Shown here: in pieces, positions 55,621 to 64,000 of the stretch | Layout: the number at the start of each line of letters is the position of its first letter | Position numbering within the stretch: the stretch's first letter is position 1 | Source of the DNA: Eledone cirrhosa | Taxonomy: Eukaryota | NCBI GenBank assembly: GCA_964016885.1 | Contig: OZ024741.1 | Coordinates: 408,766,001 to 408,830,000 of the forward strand | Reading direction: 5' to 3' | Length of the DNA stretch: 64,000 nucleotides | Translations under genes and position numbers: made by a program | Notes under the pieces: generated by a model | Database searches by the model: none | Told to the model about the DNA's origin: nothing | Seen by the model: only the letters and a program-made list of their open reading frames with translations

Positions 55621-58600
55621 GGAGACTGTGTACCTATTTTAAAAGGGAGATTATTACCTATTTTAAAAGGAAGACTGTACCTATTTTAAAAGGAAGCCTG
55701 TGTACCTATTTTAAAAGGAAGATTGTACCTATTTTAAAAGGAAGATGTGAACCTATTTTAAAACGGAGACTGTACCTATTCTAAAAGGGAGACTGTACCT
55801 ATTTTAAAAGGAAGACTGTGTATCTATTTTAAAAGGGAGACTGTGTACTTATTTTAAAAGGAAGACTGCGTACCTATTTTAAGAGGAAAAGTGTACCTAT
55901 TTTAAAAGGGAGACTGTGTACCTATTTCAAAAGGAAGACTGTACCTATTTTAAAAGGGAAACTGTGTACCTATTTTAAAAGGGAGACTGTGTACCTATTT
56001 TAAAAGGAAGACTGTACCTATTTTAAAAGGGAGACTGTGTACCTATTTTAAAAGGGAGATTATTACCTATTTTAAAAGGAAGACTGTACCTATTTTAAAA
56101 GGAAGACTGTGTACCTATTTTAAAAGGGAGATTATTACCTATTTTAAAAGGAAGGCTGTACATATTTTAAAAGGAAGACTGTGTACCTATTTTAAAAGGG
56201 AGATTATTACCTATTTTAAAAGGAAGACTGTACCTATTTTAAAAGGGAGACTGTGTACCTATTTTAAAAGGAAGAATGTACCTATTTTAAAAGGAAGACT
56301 GTACCTATTTTAAAAGGAAGACTGTACCTATTTTAAAAAGAAGACTGTGTACCTATTTTAAAAGGGAGACTGTACCTATTTTAAAAAGAAGATGTGAACC
56401 TATTTTAAAACGGAGACTGTACCTATTTTAAAAGGGAGACTGTACCTATTTTAAAAGGAAGACTGTGTACCTATTTTAAAAGGAAGACCGTGTACCTATT
56501 TTAAAAGGGAGACTGTACCTATTTTAAAAAGAACACTGTACCTATTTTAAAAGGAAAATTGTGTACCTATTTTAAAAGGAAGACTGTGTACCTATTTTAA
56601 AAGGAAGACTGTACCTATTTTAAAAGGAAGACTGTGTACCTATTTTAAAAGGGAGATTATTACCTATTTTAAAAGGAAGACTGTACCTATTTTAAAAGGA
56701 AGACTGTGTACCTATTTTAAAAGGAAGATTGTACCTATTTTAAAAGGAAGACTGTACCTATTTTAAAAGGAAAACTGTGTACCTATTTTAAAAGGAAGAC
56801 TGTACCTATTTTAAAAGGGAGACTGTGTACCTATTTTAAAAGGAAGAATGTACCTATTTTAAAAGGAAGACTGTACCTATTTTAAAAGGAAGACTGTACC
56901 TATTTTAAAAAGAAGACTGTGTACCTATTTTAAAAGGGAGACTGTACCTATTTAAAAAGGAACATTGTACCTATTTTAAAAGGAAGTCTGTGTACCTATT
57001 TTAAAAGGAAGACTGTACCTATTTTAAAAGGGAGACTGTACCTATTTTAAAAGGAAGACTGTACCTATTTTAAAAGGATGACTGTACCTATTTTAAAAGG
57101 AAGACTGTGTACCTATTTTAAAAGGAAGCCTGTGTACCTATTTTAAAAGGAAGACAGTGTACCTATTTTAAAAAGAAGACTGTACCTATTTTAAAAGGAA
57201 GACTGTACCTATTTTAAAAGGAAGCCTGTGTACCTATTTTAAAAGGAAGATTGTACCTATTTTAAAAGGGAGACTGTACCTATTTTAAAAGGGAGACTGT
57301 GTACCTATTTTAAAAGGAAGACCGTGTACCTATTTTAAAAGGGAGACTGTACCTATTTTAAAAGGAAGACGGTGTACCTATTTTAAAAGGAAGACTGTAC
57401 CTATTTTAAAAGGGAGACTGTACCTATTTTAAAAGGGAGACTGTGTACCTATTTTAAAAGGAAGACCGTGTACCTATTTTAAAAGGGAGACTGTACCTAT
57501 TTTAAAAGGAAGACTGTGTACCTATTTTAAAAGGAAGACCGTGTACCTATTTTAAAAGGGAGACTGTACCTATTTTAAAAGGAAGACTGTACCTATTTTA
57601 AAAAGAAGACTGTGTACCTATTTTAAAAGGGAGACTGTACCTATTTTAAAAGGAACACTGTACCTATTTTAAAAGGAAGATTGTGTACCTATTTTAAAAG
57701 GAAGACTGTGTACCTATTTTAAAAGGATGACTGTGTACCTATTTTAAAAGGGAGATTATTACCTATTTTAAAAGGAAGACTGTACCTATTTTAAAAGGAA
57801 GACTGTGTACCTATTTTAAAAGGAAGATTGTGTACCTATTTTAAAAGGAAGACTGTTTACATATTTTAAAAGGAAGACTGTACCTATTTTAAAAGTAAGA
57901 CTGTGTACCTATTTTAAAACGGAGATTATTACCTATTTTAAAAGGAAGACTGTACCTATTTTAAAAGGAAGACTGTGTACCAATTTTAAAAGGAAGATTG
58001 TACCTATTTTAAAAGGAAGACTGTACCTATTTTAAAAGGAAGACTGTACCTATTTTAAAAGGGAGACTGTGTACCTATTTTAAAAGGGAGACTGTGTACC
58101 TATTTTAAAAGGGAGATTATTACCTATTTTAAAAGGAAGACTGTACCTATTTTAAAAGGAAGCCTGTGTACCTATTTTAAAAGGAAGATTGTACCTATTT
58201 TAAAAGGAAGATGTGAACCTATTTTAAAACGGAGACTGTACCTATTTTAAAAGGGAGACTGTGCCTATTTTAAAAGGAAGACTGTGTATCTATTTTAAAA
58301 GGGAGACTGTGTACTTATTTTAAAAGGAAGACTGCGTACCTATTTTAAGAGGAAAACTGTACCTATTTTAAAAGGGAGACTGTGTACCTATTTCAAAAGG
58401 AAGACTGTACCTATTTTAAAAGGGAGACTGTGTACCTATTTTAAAAGGGAGATTATTACCTATTTTAAAAGGAAGACTGTACCTATTTTAAAAGGAAGAC
58501 TGTGTACCTATTTTAAAAGGGAGATTATTACCTATTTTAAAAGCAAGGCTGTACCTATTTTAAAAGGAAGACTGTGTACCTATTTTAAAAGGGAGATTAT

Positions 58601-58899
58601 TACCTATTTTAAAAGGAAGACTGTACCTATTTTAAAAGGGAGACTGTGTACCTATTTTAAAAGGAAGAATGTACCTATTTTAAAAGGAAGACTGTACCTA
58701 TTTTAAAAGGAAGACTGTACCTATTTTAAAAAGAAGACTGTGTACCTATTTTAAAAGGGAGACTGTACCTATTTTAAAAGGAAGATGTGAACCTATTTTA
58801 AAACGGAGACTGTACCTATTTTAAAAGGGAGACTGTACCTATTTTAAAAGGAAGACTGTGTACCTATTTTAAAAGGAAGACCGTGTACCTATTTTAAAA

Positions 58900-61800
58900 G
58901 GGAGACTGTACCTATTTTAAAAGGAAGACTGTGTACCTATTTTAAAAGGAAGACTGTGTACCTATTTTAAAAGGAAGACTGTACCTATATTAAAAAGAAC
59001 ACTGTACCTATTTTAAAAGGAAGACTGTACCTATTTTAAAAGGAAGACTGTGTACCTATTTTAAAAGGGAGACTGTACCTATTTTAAAAGGAAAACTGTA
59101 CCTATTTTAAAAGGAAGATTGTGTACCTATTTTAAAAGGAAGACTGTGTACCTATTTTAAAAGGAAGACTGTACCTATTTTAAAAGGAAGACTGTGTACC
59201 TATTTTAAAAGGGAGACTATGTACCTATTTTAAAAGGAAGACTGTACCTATTTTAAAAGGAAGACTGTGTACCTATCTTAAAAGGAAGATTGTACCTATT
59301 TTAAAAGGAAGACTGTACCTATTTTAAAAGGAAGACTGTACCTATTTTAAAAAAGAGACTGTGTACCTATTTTAAAAGGAAGACTGTACCTATTTTAAAA
59401 GGGAGACTGTGTTCCTATTTTAAAAGGAAGACCGTACCTATGTTAAAAGGGAGACTGTGTACCTATTTTAAAAGGAAGACTGTACCTATTTTAAAAGGGA
59501 GACAGTGTACCTATTTTAAAAGGAAGACTGTGTACCTATTTTAAAAGGAAGACTGTACCTATTTTAAAAGGAAGACTGTACCTATTTTAAAAGGAAGACT
59601 GCGTACCTATTTTAAAAGGGAGACTGTACCTATTTAAAAAGGAACACTGTACCTATTTTAAAAGGAAGACTGTGTACCTATTTTAAAAGGGAGACTATGT
59701 ACCTATTTTAAAAGGAAGACTGTACCTATTTTAAAAGGAAGACTGTGTATCTATTTTAAAAGGAAGATTGTACCTATTTTAAAAGGAAGACTGTACCTAT
59801 TTAAAAAAAAGACTGTGTACCTATTTTAAAAGGAAGACCGTGTACATATTTTAAAAGGAAGACTGTACCTATTTTAAAAAAGAGAGTGTGCCTATTTTAA
59901 AAGGGAGACCGTGTACCTATTTTAAAAGGGAGACTGTACATATTTTAAAAGGAAGACTGTGTACCTATTTTATAAGGAAGAATGTACCTATTTTAAAAGG
60001 GAGACTGTGTACCTATTTTAAAAGGAAGACTGTGTACCTAATTTAAAAGGAAGACTGTGTACCTATTTTAAAAGGGAGAATGTGTACCTATTTTAAAAGG
60101 GAGACTGTGTACCTATTTTAAAAGAAAGACTGTACGTCTTTGAAAAGCGAGACTGTGTACCTATTTTTAAAAAAAGACTGTATCTATTTTAAAAGGAAGA
60201 CTGTACCTATTTAAAAAAAGGATTGTGTACCTATTTTAAAAGGAAGACTGTACCTATTTTAAAAGGAAGACTGTGTACCTATTTTAAAAGGAAGACTGTG
60301 TACCTATTTTAAAAGGGAGACTGTACCTATTTTAAAAGGAAGACTGTACCTATTTTAAAAGGAAGACTGTGTACCTATTTTAAAAGCGAGACTGTACTTA
60401 TATTAAAAGGAACACTGTACCTATCTTAAAAGGAAGATTGTGTACCTATTTTAAAAGGAAGACTGTGTACCTATTTTAAAAGGAAGACTGTACCTATTTG
60501 AAAAGGAAGACTACCTATTTTAAAATAAGACTGTGTACCTATTTTAAAAGGAAGACTGTACCTATTTTAAAAGGGAGACTGTACCTATTTTAAAAGGGAG
60601 ACTGTACCTATTTTAAAAGGAAGACTGTGTTTCCTATTTTAAAAGGAAGACTGTGTACCAATTTTAAAAGGGAGACTGTACCTATTTTAAAAGGAAGACT
60701 GTAGCTATTTTAAAAGGAAGACTGTGTACCTATTTTAAAAGGGAGACTGTACCTATTTTAAAAGGAAAATTGTACCTATTTTAAAAGGAAGATTGTGTAC
60801 CTATTTTAAAAGGAAGACTGTGTACCTATTTTAAAAGGAAGACTGTACCTATTTTAAAAGGAAGACTGTGTACCTATTTTAAAAGGGAGACTATGTACCT
60901 ATTTTAAAAGGAAGACTGTACCTATTTAAAAAAAAAGACTGTGTACCTATTTTAAAAGGAAGACCGTGTACATATTTTAAAAGGAAGACTGTACCTATTT
61001 TAAAAAAGAGACTGTGTGCCTATTTTAAAAGGGAGACCGTGTACCTATTTTAAAAGGGAGACTGTACATATTTTAAAAGGAAGACTGTGTACCTATTTCA
61101 TAAGGAAGAATGTACCTATTTTAAAAGGGAGACTGTGTACCTATTTTAAAAGGAAGACTGTGTACCTAATTTAAAAGGAAGACTGTGTACCTATTTTAAA
61201 AGGGAGAATGTGTACCTATTTTAAAAGGGAGACTGTGTACCTATTTTAAAAGAAAGACTGTACGTCTTTGAAAAGCGAGACTGTGTACCTATTTTAAAAA
61301 AAAGACTGTATCTATTTTAAAAGGAAGACTGTACCTATTTAAAAAAAGGATTGTGTACCTATTTTAAAAGGAAGACTGTACCTATTTTAAAAGGAAGACT
61401 GTACCTATTTTAAAAGGAAGACTGTGTACCTATTTTAAAAGAAAGACTGTGTACCTATTTTAAAAGGGAGACTGTACCTATTTTAAAAGGAAGACTGTAC
61501 CTATTTTAAAAGGAAGACTGTGTACCTATTTTAAAAGGAAGACTGTACCTATTTTAAAAGGAAGACTACCTATTTTAAAATAAGACTGTGTACCTATTTT
61601 AAAAGGAAGACTGTACCTATTTTAAAAGGGAGACTGTACCTATTTTAAAAGGGAGACTGTACCTATTTTAAAAGGAAGACTGTGTTTCCTATTTTAAAAG
61701 AAAGACTGTGTACCAATTTTAAAAGGGAGACTGTACCTATTTTAAAAGGAAGACTGTAGCTATTTTAAAAGGAAGACTGTGTACCTATATTAAAAGGGAG

Positions 61801-64000
61801 ACTGTACCTATTTTAAAAGGAAAACTGTACCTATTTTAAAAGGAAGATTGTGTACCTATTTTAAAAGGAAGACTGTGTACCTATTTTAAAATGAAGACTG
61901 TACCTATTTTAAAAGGAAGACTGTGTACCTATTTTAAAAGGGAGACTATGTACCTATTTTAAAAGGAAGACTGTACCTATTTTAAAAGGAAGACTGTGTA
62001 CCTATCTTAAAAGGAAGATTGTACCTATTTTAAAAGGAAGACTGTACCTATTTTAAAAGGAAGACTGTACCTATTTTAAAAAAGAGACTGTGTACCTATT
62101 TTAAAAGGAAGACTGTACCTATTTTAAAAGGGAGACTGTGTTCCTATTTTAAAAGGAAGACCGTACCTATGTTAAAAGGGAGACTGTGTACCTATTTTAA
62201 AAGGAAGACTGTACCTATTTTAAAAGGGAAACAGTGTACCTATTTTAAAAGGAAGACTGTGTACCTATTTTAAAAGGAAGACTGTACCTATTTTAAAAGG
62301 AAGACTGTACCTATTTTAAAAGGAAGACTGCGTACCTATTTTAAAAGGGAGACTGTACCTATTTAAAAAGGAACACTGTACCTATTTTAAAAGGAAGACT
62401 GTGTACCTATTTTAAAAGGAAGACTGTGTACCTATTTTAAAAGGGAAACAGTGTACCTATTTTAAAAGGAAGACTGTGTACCTATTTTAAAAGGAAGACT
62501 GTACCTATTTTAAAAGGAAAACTGTACCTATTTTAAAAGGAAGATTGTGTACCTATTTTAGAAGGAAGACTGTGTACCTATTTTAAAAGGAAGACTGTAC
62601 CTATTTTAAAAGGAAGACTGTGTACCTATTTTAAAAGGGAGACTATGTACCTATTTTAAAAGGAAGACTGTACCTATTTTAAAAGGAAGACTGTGTACCT
62701 ATCTTAAAAGGAAGATTGTACCTATTTTAAAAGGAAGACTGTACCTATTTTAAAAGGAAGACTGTACCTATTTTAAAAAAGAGACTGTGTACCTATTTTA
62801 AAAGGAAGACTGTACCTATTTTAAAAGGGAGACTGTGTTCCTATTTTAAAAGGAAGACCGTACCTATGTTAAAAGGGAGACCGTGTACCTATTTTAAAAG
62901 GAAGACTGTACCTAATTTAAAAGGGAGACAGTGTACCTATTTTAAAAGGAAGACTGTGTACCTATTTTAAAAGGAAGACTGTACCTATTTTAAAAGGAAG
63001 ACTGTACCTATTTTAAAAGGAAGACTGCGTACCTATTTTAAAAGGAAGACTGTACCTATTTTAAAAGGAAGACTGTGTACCTATTTTAAAAGGAAGATTG
63101 TACCTATTTTAAAAGGAAGACTGTACCTATTTAAAAAAAAAGACTGTGTACCTATTTTAAAAGGAAGACCGTGTACATATTTTAAAAGGAAGACTGTACC
63201 TATTTTAAAAAAGAGACTGTGTGCCTATTTTAAAAGGGAGACCGTGTACCTATTTTAAAAGGGAGACTGTACATATTTTAAAAGGAAGACTGTGTACCTA
63301 TTTCATAAGGAAGAATGTACCTATTTTAAAAGGGAGACTGTGTACCTATTTTAAAAGGAAGACTGTGTACCTAATTTAAAAGGAAGACTGTGTACCTATT
63401 TTAAAAGGGAGAATGTGTACCTATTTTAAAAGGGAGACTGTGTACCTATTTTAAAAGAAAGACTGTACGTCTTTGAAAAGCGAGACTGTGTACCTATTTT
63501 AAAAAAAAGACTGTATCTATTTTAAAAGGAAGACTGTACCTATTTAAAAAAAGGATTGTGTACCTATTTTAAAAGGAAGACTGTACCTATTTTAAAAGGA
63601 AGACTGTACCTATTTTAAAAGGAAGACTGTGTACCTATTTTAAAAGGAAGACTGTGTACCTATTTTAAAAGGGAGACTGTACCTATTTTAAAAGGAAGAC
63701 TGTACCTATTTTAAAAGGAAGACTGTGTACCTATTTTAAAAGGAAGACTGTACCTATTTTAAAAGGAAGACTACCTATTTTAAAATAAGACTGTGTACCT
63801 ATTTTAAAAGGAAGACTGTACCTATTTTAAAAGGGAGACTGTACCTATTTTAAAAGGGAGACTGTACCTATTTTAAAAGGAAGACTGTGTTTCCTATTTT
63901 AAAAGAAAGACTGTGTACCAATTTTAAAAGGGAGACTGTACCTATTTTAAAAGGAAGACTGTAGCTATTTTAAAAGGAAGACTGTGTACCTATTTTAAAA
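58900..64000. repeat. Satellite sub-family/domain B (more diverged, own marker set and higher-order structure)
   Basis: New markers: GACTATGTACC (59215), CCTATCTT (59272), CCTATGTT (59437, 62166, 62863), TGTACGTCTTTGAAAAGCGAGAC (60131, 61259, 63464), 21-bp GACTACC...AAAATAA (60509, 61564, 63769), GTAGCT (60701, 61756, 63961). Confidence 0.85.
59770..64000. repeat. Three copies of a ~1-kb diverged block in domain B (offsets ~1.06-1.13 kb, then 2,205 bp)
   Basis: TGTACGTCTTTG at 60131/61259/63464 (offsets 1128, 2205); GTAGCT at 60701/61756/63961 (offsets 1055, 2205). Confidence 0.85.

Larger units (their letters stand above)
1..58900. repeat. Satellite sub-family/domain A (contains GATTATTACC and GATGTGAACC...AAAACGGA 24-bp monomers)
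   Basis: The diagnostic monomers GATTATTACC (last at 58595), GATGTGAACC (last at ~58784), AAGAGGAAAA, TTTCAAAA, GAAGCCTG and AAGGCTG recur up to ~58.1-58.8 kb and are not seen afterwards. Confidence 0.85.
1..64000. repeat. Satellite DNA array, 23/25-bp monomer GAC(TG)1-2TACCTATTTTAAAAGG(A/G)A, head-to-tail, extending past both window edges
   Basis: Every line consists of GACTGTACCTATTTTAAAAGGAA (23 bp), GACTGTGTACCTATTTTAAAAGGAA (25 bp) or close variants, all in the same orientation, with no spacer or unique sequence seen. Confidence 0.99.

Noticed and set aside
1-64000. CRISPR array (23-25 bp, partly palindromic repeats)
   Set aside because: Repeats abut directly, with no unique spacers, leader or cas genes.
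1-64000. Telomerase-made long telomeric repeat (23- and 25-bp units occur in Candida albicans and Kluyveromyces lactis; TGTGTAC resembles their GGTGTAC)
   Set aside because: The sequence otherwise differs, there is no strongly G-rich strand, the array is far longer than such telomeres, and multi-kb copied variant patterns imply recombinational amplification rather than templated addition. A recombination-maintained subtelomeric satellite is not excluded.
1-64000. Giant repetitive protein gene or tRNA/ncRNA gene array
   Set aside because: TTTTAAAA places TAA on both strands in nearly every monomer and irregular monomer lengths bring it into each frame within a few hundred bp. No RNA-gene structure is visible.
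1-64000. Synthetic concatemer or amplification artefact (repeated GAAGAC BbsI, GAGAC BsmAI, TTTAAA DraI, GTAC RsaI sites)
   Set aside because: Nested, regionally confined, inherited variants and graded divergence fit natural satellite evolution. The sites are incidental, though useful for ladder digests.
1-64000. Plasmid/phage iterons or Borg-type tandem repeats
   Set aside because: Those are short arrays embedded among genes, whereas this is 64 kb with no coding or unique DNA.

Overview
All 64,000 bases are one uninterrupted, single-orientation tandem array of a short AT-rich satellite (about 30-35% GC). The monomer is GAC(TG)1-2TACCTATTTTAAAAGG(A/G)A, mainly 23 or 25 bp, with recurrent 21, 22, 24 and 26 bp variants (roughly 2,600-2,700 copies, estimated from length divided by mean monomer size). 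I see no credible genes, RNA genes, CRISPR spacers, transposon insertions, inversions or unique sequence. The two 60-aa ORFs are by-products of 23+25=48 bp and 24 bp in-frame periodicity. The information lies in the order of variant monomers, which shows nested higher-order repeats: 48-bp dimers, 72-bp trimers, a 434-bp duplicated cassette, a ~2.8-kb master unit, and recent tandem duplications with periods of about 1.5, 2.3, 2.7, 2.9, 3.1, 3.75, 3.8 and 4.6 kb plus a ~9.25-kb super-period. Near 58.9 kb the array switches to a different, more diverged sub-family. This is most consistent with eukaryotic satellite heterochromatin (centromeric, pericentromeric or subtelomeric). I cannot name the family, organism or function from sequence alone. 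Periods were measured by eye from rare marker variants, so block edges are approximate.
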